DNA of 32,000 nucleotides from Alkalilimnicola ehrlichii MLHE-1 (GTDB lineage: Bacteria; Pseudomonadota; Gammaproteobacteria; Nitrococcales; Halorhodospiraceae): contig NC_008340.1 of assembly GCF_000014785.1 (NCBI RefSeq), forward strand, positions 3,210,001-3,242,000, given 5' to 3'. Positions 11,578-20,260 of the stretch are shown here, piece after piece. Every line of letters starts with the position of its first letter. Position 1 is the stretch's first letter. The notes under the pieces are model-generated. The model searched no databases. It saw only the letters and a list, made by a program, of their open reading frames with translations, and was not told the origin of the DNA. Position numbers and translations under genes: made by a program.

Positions 11578-12384
11578 ATGACCGATACCGATCAATACGC
11601 CGTCAAGCAAGAACCCTATTACCGCCCGGTGGGCGACGAGACCGAGTTGTTCGAGGCGGCGCACGCCGCGCGGATGCCGGTCATGCTCAAGGGCCCCACC
11701 GGTTGCGGTAAGTCACGGTTCGTCTCCTGGATGGCCTGGCGGCTGCAGCGGCCGCTGGTCACCGTGGCCTGCAACGAGGACATGACCGCCGCCGATCTGG
11801 TGGGCCGTTACCTGCTGGATGCCGACGGCACCCGCTGGCAGGACGGGCCGCTGACCCTGGCCGCCCGCATTGGCGCCATCTGCTACCTGGACGAGGTGGT
11901 GGAGGCCCGTCAGGACACCACGGTGGTGATCCACCCGCTCACCGACCATCGGCGGGTGCTGCCCCTGGAGAAGAAGGGCGAGCTGGTGGAGGCCCATCCG
12001 GACTTCCATCTCGTCATCTCCTACAACCCGGGCTATCAGAACCTGATGAAGGACCTGAAGCCCTCCACCAAACAACGCTTCGGTGCCCTGCACTTCGATT
12101 TCCCGGAGGCGGAGACCGAGGCGGAGATCCTGGTGCACGAAGCGGGGGTGGACCGGACCACCGCCGAGCGCCTGGTGCAGGTGGGCCAGCGCGGACGCAA
12201 CCTCAAGGGCCACGGCCTGGACGAGGGCATCTCCACCCGGCTGCTGGTCTACGCCGGCCAACTCATCGCCCGCGGCATCGCCCCCGGGGCTGCCTGCCGC
12301 ATGGCGCTGGTGCACCCGATCACCGACGATCCCGACCTGCGGGATACCCTGGAAGCGGCGGTGGACACGCACTTTCCGGACTGA
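11578..12384 (+). CDS. cbbQ: MoxR-type AAA+ ATPase CbbQ, RuBisCO activase component
   Basis: 268 aa with Walker A GPTGCGKS and Walker [11 protein letters not shown], downstream of cbbLS. Confidence 0.95.
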   Translation: MTDTDQYAVKQEPYYRPVGDETELFEAAHAARMPVMLKGPTGCGKSRFVSWMAWRLQRPLVTVACNEDMTAADLVGRYLLDADGTRWQDGPLTLAARIGAICYLDEVVEARQDTTVVIHPLTDHRRVLPLEKKGELVEAHPDFHLVISYNPGYQNLMKDLKPSTKQRFGALHFDFPEAETEAEILVHEAGVDRTTAERLVQVGQRGRNLKGHGLDEGISTRLLVYAGQLIARGIAPGAACRMALVHPITDDPDLRDTLEAAVDTHFPD

Positions 12385-12395
12385 GGAGCAGGGAT

Positions 12396-12440
12396 GCCGG
12401 CACTGGAAGAGACATCGGCCCCTGTTGGGGCGGTGCCGGC
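12396..12440 (+). promoter_or_regulatory. Nested stem-loop immediately downstream of cbbQ
   Basis: GCCGGCAC (12396-12403) pairs with GTGCCGGC (12433-12440). Inside, GCCCC-tgtt-GGGGC (12418-12431). Confidence 0.5.
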
Positions 12441-12506
12441 GAATCCCACGGGTGCTGAAAGGTGCAGGTCTATGTCGGCTGGTCCTTCGGTAACCCTTGT
12501 ACAGGC

Positions 12507-12624
12507 GCCCTTTGGGGCGGGAGGTTGCGGTCATGGGTACGCTGCAAGTACGTCCCTGTAAGCTCGTAGCCGGCCATCCATGGCCGGCTACGCCCCATGA
12601 CCGCAACCTCCCGCCCCAAAGGGC
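12507..12624. repeat. Composite nested palindromic element between cbbQ and cbbO
   Basis: 31-bp perfect inverted arms GCCCTTTGGGGCGGGAGGTTGCGGTCATGGG (12507-12537) and CCCATGACCGCAACCTCCCGCCCCAAAGGGC (12594-12624). Inside is CGTAGCCGGCCAT-CC-ATGGCCGGCTACG (12565-12592). Confidence 0.85.
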
Positions 12625-12867
12625 TAGCCATGCCCCGACCCCGATCACGACTCCGGCGCAATCGGGTGTCCAATGGGTCATTGTTAACTGCCCGGACAAT
12701 CCGCGGATTAATCCGCAAAGCGGGTTCAACGGTCTGCTCTCCCTGCGCGTTGAGGTGCAGGCTAGGGCACCGGAGATCGCTACCACCCAGTTACGGATTA
12801 GGGCCGGCGCCGTGGAATGGCACGCGGTCTCTGCCGGGCCCAACCCACCCAGCCCCAGGAGGCCGTC

Positions 12868-15198
12868 ATGAACGCCGAAATCCAAGCCTTGGCGGATGAA
12901 CTGCGCGGCACCCACCGCGAGGTGGCCGAGGTGCTCGACGCCTGCCTCGCCGAAGCAACCCGGGTGATGTCCGCCGACACCCAGGCCCGTTATCTGGAGG
13001 CCGCCCTGGCCCTGAACCGCCTGGGCCGCGGCCACGAGATCGTCATCACTTGGCTCGAGGCCATGCCCCCGGTGGCGCGCGAGGCCGGCGAGGCCATCGT
13101 CCCCGACACCGCCAGCGCCGCGCTCAAACTGGCCTCCATGGTCAGCGGCGAAGTCGTCGGCCTACTCTTCGACAGCCTGCCCACCGCCGCCCGACGGCTG
13201 GGCGACGACGACCTGCTGCGCCAATACCTGGCCCTGATCCACCAACTCTCCGGCCGCGCCCCGCGCGCCCTGCGCCCGCTGTTCACCCACCTCGACCAGC
13301 TGCTGGCCGTGCTCACCCTCAGCGGTCTTCGCCGCTGGGCACTCTGGGGCGTGCAGGCCTACGCCCGGGACTACGACCGCCTGGCCGCCTACTTCGCGCT
13401 GGAATCGGCCGACAGTCAGCAGGTCCTGCAACAGGAGCGCCGCGGCGTGCTCTTCGTGGACGTCCAGCGCCGGCTGGGCTTCTATTTGCGCGCCCTTTGG
13501 GGCCGCGACTTCTTCCTGCGCCCCAACGCCGCCGAACCGGGCAGCCCCGAGGCCCGCCCCTTCATCGAGGCTGGCACCCTGCACCTGCCCGACGCCATGG
13601 ACGATGTGGGCAGTGTCCGCGGCCTGGAGGTCTACCGCGCCCAGTGCGCCCACGCCGCCGCCCACATCGGCTTCGGCGAGGGCGCGCCGATGCAGGCCGA
13701 GGCGCTGAGCCCCGCCCAGCGTTACCTGATGGCCCTGATCGAAGATGCCCGGGTAGAGGCCCTAAGCGTGGCCACCTTTCCCGGCCTCTTCCCCCTCTGG
13801 CGCCGGCTGCTCAGCGAGGCCCCCCGCGCCGAGGACCCCACCCTGGCGCTGCTCCAGCGGCTCGCCCTCGCGCTGCTCGACCCCCAGTGGCAGGACGACC
13901 ACCCGGTTGTAGCGCAACTGGCCGGCCGCTTCCACCAGCGCATCCAGGCCGGCGACCACGGCTGGGAGCTGTCCGCGGAGCTCGGCCTCGACCTCATTGG
14001 CCACCTTCAGGACGCCGGCCCGCTGCCGCCCCTGAGCCGCCTGGAAACCCTGCCGCTGGCCTACCGCGACGACAACCGCTACCTCTGGGCCGAGCCGGAG
14101 GAGGCCGAACTGGCGCGGCAGGCGCCCGCCAAGGAGGCCCAGGTACGGCGCCGGCCTAGCGTCATCGAGATGGTCAATGAACTGGACTGCGAGCTGGCCG
14201 GGGACGATGCCCAGGAGATCTGGATCCTCGACACCGAGTTCTACCGCGACGGCGATCCGGAGGGGGTCAGTATCAATGAGCTGGAGGGCAAGCCCGCCAC
14301 CAGTCCCCCCTTCCATTACCAGGAGTGGGACTACAAGGCGCAACTGCACCGGCCCGACTGGGTCACGCTTATGGAACGCCGCCAGCCGGCCGGTGACCCG
14401 GACGACCTCAAGGCAATCATGGACGAATACCGCCCCGTGGCCCGACGGCTGCAGCGGGTGATCGACAGCCTGATCCCCCAGGGGCTGGTGCGCGAGCGCC
14501 GGCAGGAGGATGGCGACGAGATCGACCTGGACGCCGCCATCCGCGCCCGCATCGACCAGAAAACCGGCCACACGCCCGACCACCGGGTGAGCATCCGCTA
14601 CCACCGCCAGGAGCGGGACCTGGCGGTCCTGCTGCTGCTCGACCTGTCGGAATCGGCCAATGACACCCTGCCCGGCTCCGACCGCCCGCTCATCCAGCTC
14701 ACCCGCGAGGCCACCACGCTGCTGGCCTGGGCGGCCGACAGCATCGGCGACCCCTTCGCCGTGCACGGATTCGCCTCGGAGACCCGGCACGATGTCCACT
14801 ACCACCGCTTCAAGGACTTCGACCAGCCCTGGGACGATGCCGCCCAAGCTCGGGTGGCGGGTCTGGAGGCGGGGCTCTCCACCCGCATGGGTGCGGCATT
14901 ACGTCACGCCGGGCACTATATGACCCGCCGCCCGGAGCGCCACCGACTGATCCTGCTGCTCTCTGACGGTGCCCCCTCCGACATCGACGCGCCGGACCCG
15001 CAGTACCTGCGCCAGGACACCCGCAAGGCGGTGGAGGCGCTCCAGGCCCGTGGCGTTCACGCCCACTGCCTGACCCTGGACCCGGGCGCGGATCAGTACG
15101 TCCAGCAGCTCTTCGGCCCCCGCGGCTATACCGTGCTGGACCACCCCCAGCGGCTGCCTGAGAAGCTGCCCACCCTGTTCGCCAGCCTCACCCGCTGA
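12868..15198 (+). CDS. cbbO: CbbO, von Willebrand factor A-domain RuBisCO activase partner
   Basis: 776 aa from MNAEIQALADELRGTHREVAEVLDACL. C-terminal VWA domain with MIDAS-like DLSES in LAVLLLLDLSESAND. Adjacent to cbbQ. The start was trimmed from the ORF at 12817. Confidence 0.93.
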   Translation: MNAEIQALADELRGTHREVAEVLDACLAEATRVMSADTQARYLEAALALNRLGRGHEIVITWLEAMPPVAREAGEAIVPDTASAALKLASMVSGEVVGLLFDSLPTAARRLGDDDLLRQYLALIHQLSGRAPRALRPLFTHLDQLLAVLTLSGLRRWALWGVQAYARDYDRLAAYFALESADSQQVLQQERRGVLFVDVQRRLGFYLRALWGRDFFLRPNAAEPGSPEARPFIEAGTLHLPDAMDDVGSVRGLEVYRAQCAHAAAHIGFGEGAPMQAEALSPAQRYLMALIEDARVEALSVATFPGLFPLWRRLLSEAPRAEDPTLALLQRLALALLDPQWQDDHPVVAQLAGRFHQRIQAGDHGWELSAELGLDLIGHLQDAGPLPPLSRLETLPLAYRDDNRYLWAEPEEAELARQAPAKEAQVRRRPSVIEMVNELDCELAGDDAQEIWILDTEFYRDGDPEGVSINELEGKPATSPPFHYQEWDYKAQLHRPDWVTLMERRQPAGDPDDLKAIMDEYRPVARRLQRVIDSLIPQGLVRERRQEDGDEIDLDAAIRARIDQKTGHTPDHRVSIRYHRQERDLAVLLLLDLSESANDTLPGSDRPLIQLTREATTLLAWAADSIGDPFAVHGFASETRHDVHYHRFKDFDQPWDDAAQARVAGLEAGLSTRMGAALRHAGHYMTRRPERHRLILLLSDGAPSDIDAPDPQYLRQDTRKAVEALQARGVHAHCLTLDPGADQYVQQLFGPRGYTVLDHPQRLPEKLPTLFASLTR

Positions 15199-15220
15199 CC
15201 CGCCTTACTCCACCAGCGAC

Positions 15221-15254
15221 CGCGGCCGGCCGGGTGCCAACCCGCCCGGCCGCG
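15221..15254 (+). terminator. GC-rich hairpin after cbbO, possible terminator or processing site
   Basis: CGCGGCCGG (15221-15229) pairs with CCGGCCGCG (15246-15254), with inner GGGT/ACCC. There is no T tract, so intrinsic terminator activity is uncertain. Confidence 0.4.
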
Positions 15255-15280
15255 ACAATGCTGCACCTGCACGCCCTAGA

Positions 15281-15350
15281 AAGGCTTATGCTTTCATCAG
15301 CAAGCCTTAATTTCCTTCAGCGTGTTGGTTTTGTCAGCATGACGACCAAC
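15281..15350 (+). promoter_or_regulatory. Structured gap 5' leader with two stem-loops
   Basis: AAGGCT..TGC (15281-15291) pairs with GCA.AGCCTT (15300-15308). GTTGGT-ttt-GTCA-gca-TGAC-g-ACCAAC spans 15324-15350. Confidence 0.4.
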
Positions 15351-15416
15351 CACAACACCCGTGCGGCGGTCGCCGCCACGGCGAAACAGAAACCATAAGC
15401 CAGGGGGAAGACAACA

Positions 15417-16427
15417 ATGGCGATCAAAGTTGCAATCAACGGTTACGGGCGCATTGGCCGCAACGTGCTCCGCGCCCTTTACGAAGCCGGCCGCACGGAC
15501 GAGATCCAGGTGGTGGCCATCAACGACCTGGGCAACGCCGAGACCAATGCCCACCTCACCCGCTTCGACAGCGTTCACGGCCGCTTCAACGGCGAGGTGC
15601 AGGTGGAGGGCGACAGCATGATCGTCAATGGTGACCGGGTGCGGGTGCTCGCGGAGCGGGATCCGGCCCGGCTGCCCTGGGGCGAGCTGGGCGTGGACCT
15701 GGTGATGGAGTGCACCGGGCTGTTCACCACCCGGGAGAAGGCCAGCGCCCACCTGCAGGCCGGCGCCAAGAAGGTGCTGATTTCCGCCCCCGGCGGTAAG
15801 GACGTGGACAACACCGTGGTCTTCGGCGTCAACCACGACACCCTCACGCCCGAGCACACCGTGGTCTCCAACGCCTCCTGCACCACCAACTGCCTGGCCC
15901 CGCTGGTCAAGCCGCTGCACGAGGCTATCGGTGTGGAGCGTGGCCTGATGACCACCATTCACGCCTACACCAACGACCAGGTCCTCAACGACGTCCACCA
16001 TAAGGACCTGCGCCGGGCCCGTTCCGCCACCATGAGCCAGATCCCGACCAGCACCGGCGCCGCCGCTGCCGTCGGCCTGGTACTGCCGGAGCTGAACGGC
16101 AAGCTGGACGGCTATGCGATCCGCGTGCCCACGGTGAACGTCTCCATCGTGGACCTGACCTTCACCGCCGCCCGCGAGACCTCGGTGGAGGAGATCAACC
16201 AGATCGTGCGTGGTGCCGCCGAGGGGCCGCTGAAGGGCATCCTCGCCTACAACGACGCCCCGCTGGTCTCCATCGACTTCAACCACGACCCGGCCTCCAG
16301 CACCTACGATGCCAGCCTGACCAAGGTCAACGGCAACCTGGTGAAGGTCACGGCCTGGTACGACAACGAGTGGGGCTTCTCCAACCGCATGCTGGATACC
16401 GCCCTGGCCATGGCCCAGGCCGGCTGA
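15417..16427 (+). CDS. gap: Glyceraldehyde-3-phosphate dehydrogenase, type I
   Basis: 336 aa, [26 protein letters not shown], with active-site [15 protein letters not shown] and [12 protein letters not shown]. Confidence 0.98.
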   Translation: MAIKVAINGYGRIGRNVLRALYEAGRTDEIQVVAINDLGNAETNAHLTRFDSVHGRFNGEVQVEGDSMIVNGDRVRVLAERDPARLPWGELGVDLVMECTGLFTTREKASAHLQAGAKKVLISAPGGKDVDNTVVFGVNHDTLTPEHTVVSNASCTTNCLAPLVKPLHEAIGVERGLMTTIHAYTNDQVLNDVHHKDLRRARSATMSQIPTSTGAAAAVGLVLPELNGKLDGYAIRVPTVNVSIVDLTFTAARETSVEEINQIVRGAAEGPLKGILAYNDAPLVSIDFNHDPASSTYDASLTKVNGNLVKVTAWYDNEWGFSNRMLDTALAMAQAG

Positions 16428-16442
16428 CACCACGCTGACCGT

Positions 16443-16507
16443 TGGCAAAGGCGGGCTTATGCCATCCATAAAAAGGCCTGAATTTTCATGGCCACCCGCC
16501 TTTGCCA
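16443..16507. repeat. 13-bp perfect inverted repeat downstream of gap
   Basis: TGGCAAAGGCGGG (16443-16455) and CCCGCCTTTGCCA (16495-16507), with nested GCCAT/ATGGC (16461-16465/16488-16492). Confidence 0.7.
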
Positions 16508-16555
16508 CTATGTATGCAACACGAAAGGCGAACCGATTACACGAATCGCCGAAGA

Positions 16556-16885
16556 CCGGCCAGACCCCGCCAAGAGGGTCGCCGGCTGAACAAGCAGGAG
16601 GAGAGCCGAGCATGACCCAACCGCCATGCCCGCAGTCTTTCCTGGCGCAACAGTGGCTTTTCCGCTTCGCGCGCCACCTCAATGAACAGCACTCGGCCCG
16701 TGCAGACCGCCCGTCGGAGCGGCCACGGTCCGTTGCTCACCGAGTCGGGTGACGGGCTTCTTTCCCTCGTGAAGCCCTTTCCGGCGGGGTTGACAGCCCG
16801 CCGGTTTCTTACACCAGACGGCATGGCGTCTGCGCCAGCCGTCGCCACATGACCGACGGGGCGCGCCAACCGCGTGCGCCCCGTC
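16556..16885 (+). promoter_or_regulatory. Multi-hairpin 5' leader of tkt
   Basis: Stems at 16556-16585, 16754-16777 (followed by TTT), 16781-16804 (followed by TTTCTT), 16817-16843 and 16855-16885. All lie upstream of the tkt start at 16909. Confidence 0.55.
16612..16752 (+). CDS. Possible small protein or leader peptide (46 aa), unknown
   Basis: MTQPPCPQSFLAQQWLFRFARHLNEQHSARADRPSERPRSVAHRVG. A strong purine-rich SD (GCAGGAGGAGAG) sits about 6 nt before the ATG. No recognised homologue. Confidence 0.35.
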   Translation: MTQPPCPQSFLAQQWLFRFARHLNEQHSARADRPSERPRSVAHRVG

Positions 16886-16908
16886 CCCAGCCCAGGGAGA
16901 TCACCCTC

Positions 16909-18906
16909 ATGCCCACACGCCGAGATCTGGCCAACGCCATCCGAGCCCTGTCCATGGACGCGGTCCAGCGCGCCCATTCCGGTCACCCGGGCGCGCCCAT
17001 GGGCATGGCGGACATCGCCGAAGTGCTGTGGAACGACTATCTGCGCCACAACCCGGCCAACCCCCACTGGTGGGACCGGGACCGGTTTGTGCTCTCCAAC
17101 GGTCACGGCTCGATGCTGCTTTACAGCCTGCTGCACCTGTCGGGCTATGAGCTGGGCATTGACGATCTGAAGGCCTTCCGCCAACTGCACTCCAGGACCC
17201 CCGGTCACCCGGAGTACGGCTACACCGCGGGGGTGGAGACCACCACCGGGCCGCTGGGCCAGGGGCTGGCCAACGCGGTGGGGCTGGCGCTGGCCGAGCG
17301 CACCCTGGCCGCGCAGTTCAACCGCCCGGGCCACGAGCTGGTGGATCACTGGACCTACTGCTTCCTGGGCGATGGCTGTCTGATGGAGGGGGTGAGTCAC
17401 GAGGCCTGCTCGCTGGCCGGCACATGGAAGCTGGGCAAGCTGATCGGTTTCTACGACGACAACGGCATCTCCATTGACGGCAAGGTGGAGGGCTGGTTCA
17501 CCGACGATACGCCGGGCCGGTTTGAGGCTTACGGCTGGCATGTGGTGCGCGAGGTGGACGGGCACGATGCGGAGGCGATCAAGCGCGCCATTGATGAGGC
17601 GCGGGCGGTGACCGACCGGCCGAGCCTGATCTGCTGCAAGACGGTGATCGGCTTTGGCGCGCCCAACGTCTGTGGCACCCACGGGGTGCACGGTGCGCCG
17701 CTGGGCGATGAGGAGATCCAGGCCACGCGCGAGTTCCTGAAGTGGGAGCACGGGCCGTTTGAGATCCCGCGCGAGATCTACAGCGGGTGGGATGCGCGGG
17801 CGCGCGGCAAGCAGTTGGAGGCGGCCTGGCACGAGCGGCTGGCCGCTTACCGCAAGGCGCACCCGGAGATGGCGGCGGAGTTTGAGCGGCGGATGAAGGG
17901 CGAGCTGCCCGAGCGGTTTGCCCAGCACGCCGAGGAGGCGCTGGCCGAGGCGGTGGACGAGTCGGCCAAGGTGGCCACGCGCAAGGCCTCGGAGCAGGCG
18001 CTCAACCGGCTGGGGCCGTACCTGCCGGAGCTGCTCGGCGGCTCGGCGGACCTGTCCGGCTCCAACAACACCAAGTGGGAAGACTGCGCGGTGATCGGCG
18101 GGGCGAAGGCCGACGCCGATGGCAATTACCTCCACTACGGGGTGCGTGAGTTCGGCATGAGCGCCATTGCCAACGGGCTGGCGCTGCACGGCGGGTTCAT
18201 CCCCTACACCGGCACCTTTCTGGTGTTCTCCGATTACGCGCGCAACGCCATCCGCATGGCGGCGCTGATGGGCATCCAGCAGATCTTTGTCCACACCCAC
18301 GACTCTATCGGTCTGGGCGAGGATGGCCCGACCCACCAGCCGGTGGAGCATCTGGGGAGTCTGCGCATGATCCCGGGGCTGGATGTCTGGCGCCCGTGCG
18401 ATGCCATTGAGACCCAGGCGGCGTGGCAGGCGGCGCTGGAGCGCCGTGACGGGCCGAGTCTGCTGGCGCTCTCGCGCCAGGGGCTGGTGGCGCAGCAGCG
18501 CACCGACGAGCAGGTGGCGTTGATTCGGCGCGGCGGTTATGTGCTGGCCGAGCCCAAGCAGGGTGAGGCGGAGCTGATCCTGATGGCCACCGGCAGTGAG
18601 GTGGCGATCATGGTGGAGGCGGCCGAGCGGCTGGCCGACCGGGGCCGGCGGGTGCGGGTGGTGTCCATGCCCTGTCTGGAGGTGTTCCAGTCGCAGCCGG
18701 CCGACTACCGCGAGGCGGTGCTGCCGGCGGGGGTGCCGGTGATCGCCATGGAGGCGGCCCACCCGATGCCCTGGCAGGCGCTGCTGGGCGACCGCGGCCG
18801 GGTGATCGGCATCGACACCTTCGGCGAGTCGGCACCGGCACCGGCGCTCTACGAGCACTTCGGGCTGACCGTGGACGCCGTGGTCCAGGCCACGGAGACC
18901 CTGTAA
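16909..18906 (+). CDS. tkt: Transketolase
   Basis: 665 aa, [41 protein letters not shown], with a [18 protein letters not shown] ThDP motif. The start was trimmed from 16849, and AGGGAG lies upstream. Confidence 0.97.
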   Translation: MPTRRDLANAIRALSMDAVQRAHSGHPGAPMGMADIAEVLWNDYLRHNPANPHWWDRDRFVLSNGHGSMLLYSLLHLSGYELGIDDLKAFRQLHSRTPGHPEYGYTAGVETTTGPLGQGLANAVGLALAERTLAAQFNRPGHELVDHWTYCFLGDGCLMEGVSHEACSLAGTWKLGKLIGFYDDNGISIDGKVEGWFTDDTPGRFEAYGWHVVREVDGHDAEAIKRAIDEARAVTDRPSLICCKTVIGFGAPNVCGTHGVHGAPLGDEEIQATREFLKWEHGPFEIPREIYSGWDARARGKQLEAAWHERLAAYRKAHPEMAAEFERRMKGELPERFAQHAEEALAEAVDESAKVATRKASEQALNRLGPYLPELLGGSADLSGSNNTKWEDCAVIGGAKADADGNYLHYGVREFGMSAIANGLALHGGFIPYTGTFLVFSDYARNAIRMAALMGIQQIFVHTHDSIGLGEDGPTHQPVEHLGSLRMIPGLDVWRPCDAIETQAAWQAALERRDGPSLLALSRQGLVAQQRTDEQVALIRRGGYVLAEPKQGEAELILMATGSEVAIMVEAAERLADRGRRVRVVSMPCLEVFQSQPADYREAVLPAGVPVIAMEAAHPMPWQALLGDRGRVIGIDTFGESAPAPALYEHFGLTVDAVVQATETL

Positions 18907-19018
18907 CCCGCGGTTTCGGCACCCGATTCGGGCGCGGCTTGCGCGCCGGACGCCGTGACAGGACACTTACAGCTCCTGGAAATACCGGATCTGAATCAAC
19001 GGAGCACAAGGAGACACC

Positions 19019-20197
19019 ATGGCCGTCATTAAGATGACCGACCTCGACCTGAAGGGTAAGCGCGTCCTGATCCGCGAGGACCTCAATGTCCCCCTGAAGG
19101 AGGGCAAGGTCGCCGACGATACCCGCATCCGCGCCTCGCTGCCCACCATCCGTCACGCCCTGGAGTCGGGTGCCCGGGTGATGCTGCTCTCGCACCTAGG
19201 CCGCCCCAAGGAGGGCGAGCCCGACCCGGCCGCCTCGCTGCGGCCGGTCGCCGAGCACCTGGCCACACTGTTGGGTCAGGAGGTACCGCTGGCAGAGGAC
19301 TGGCTGGACGGCGTGGAGGTCGCCGAGGGCCAGGCGGTGCTGTGCGAGAACGTCCGCTTCAACGTCGGCGAAAAGGCCAACGACGAGGCCCTGGCGAAAC
19401 GGATGGCGGCCCTCTGCGACGTCTATGTCATGGATGCCTTCGGCACCGCCCACCGTGCCCAGGCCTCCACCCACGGCGTTGGGCAGTACGCCCCGGTGGC
19501 CTGCGCGGGCCCACTGCTGGCGGCCGAGCTCGAGGCCCTGGGCAAGGCGCTGGAGGCCCCGGCCCGGCCGATGACCGCCATCGTCGGCGGCTCCAAGGTC
19601 TCCACCAAGCTCGACGTGCTGGAGACCCTGTCCGAGAAGGTGGATCAGCTGATTGTCGGGGGCGGCATCGCCAACACCTTTATCGCCGCGGCCGGCCACC
19701 CGGTGGGCAAGTCCCTGTACGAGGCGGACCTGGTGGATAAGGCCCGCCAGCTGATGGACACCGCCCGTGCCAACGGCGGCGAGATCCCCGTCCCCACCGA
19801 TGTGGTGGTGGGCCGCGAGTTCAGCGCCGACACCCAGGCGGTGGTCAAGCGGGTGGACGAGGTGGACGACGAGGACATGATCTTCGACATCGGCCCCGAG
19901 ACCGCCCAGCGCTACGCCGGGATGATGCGCGAGGCGGGCACTATCGTCTGGAACGGCCCGGTGGGGGTGTTCGAATTCGATCAGTTCGGCGAGGGTACCC
20001 GCAAGCTGGGGGAGGCCATCGCCGAGAGCGACGGCTTCTCCATCGCCGGCGGCGGTGACACAGTGGCCGCGGTGGAAAAGTACGGGCTGGCCGACCGGAT
20101 CTCCTACATCTCCACCGGCGGCGGCGCCTTCCTGGAGTTCCTGGAGGGCAAGACCCTGCCGGCCGTGGCCATGCTTGAGGCCCGCGCCAGTGACTGA
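19019..20197 (+). CDS. pgk: Phosphoglycerate kinase
   Basis: 392 aa, [68 protein letters not shown]-like C-terminus. Confidence 0.98.
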   Translation: MAVIKMTDLDLKGKRVLIREDLNVPLKEGKVADDTRIRASLPTIRHALESGARVMLLSHLGRPKEGEPDPAASLRPVAEHLATLLGQEVPLAEDWLDGVEVAEGQAVLCENVRFNVGEKANDEALAKRMAALCDVYVMDAFGTAHRAQASTHGVGQYAPVACAGPLLAAELEALGKALEAPARPMTAIVGGSKVSTKLDVLETLSEKVDQLIVGGGIANTFIAAAGHPVGKSLYEADLVDKARQLMDTARANGGEIPVPTDVVVGREFSADTQAVVKRVDEVDDEDMIFDIGPETAQRYAGMMREAGTIVWNGPVGVFEFDQFGEGTRKLGEAIAESDGFSIAGGGDTVAAVEKYGLADRISYISTGGGAFLEFLEGKTLPAVAMLEARASD

Positions 20198-20260
20198 GGC
20201 GCCCGCCATCACCTCCGTCAATCAGGCCCGGGCGACTGCCCCGGGCCGGGAGTAGCGACG

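Noticed and set aside
12497-12871. 124-aa ORF in the cbbQ-cbbO spacer (MYRRPLGREVAVMGTLQVRPCKLVAGHPWPAT...)
   Set aside because: It is the translation of the palindromic element and flanking non-coding DNA, starting at a TTG inside the repeat region. A repeat-derived spurious ORF is the simpler explanation.
16537-18966. 809-aa open frame on the minus strand opposite tkt
   Set aside because: Full antisense overlap with an unmistakable transketolase. The His/Gln/Arg/Gly-rich low-complexity translation is typical of the shadow frame in high-GC genes. It also runs through the intergenic hairpins.
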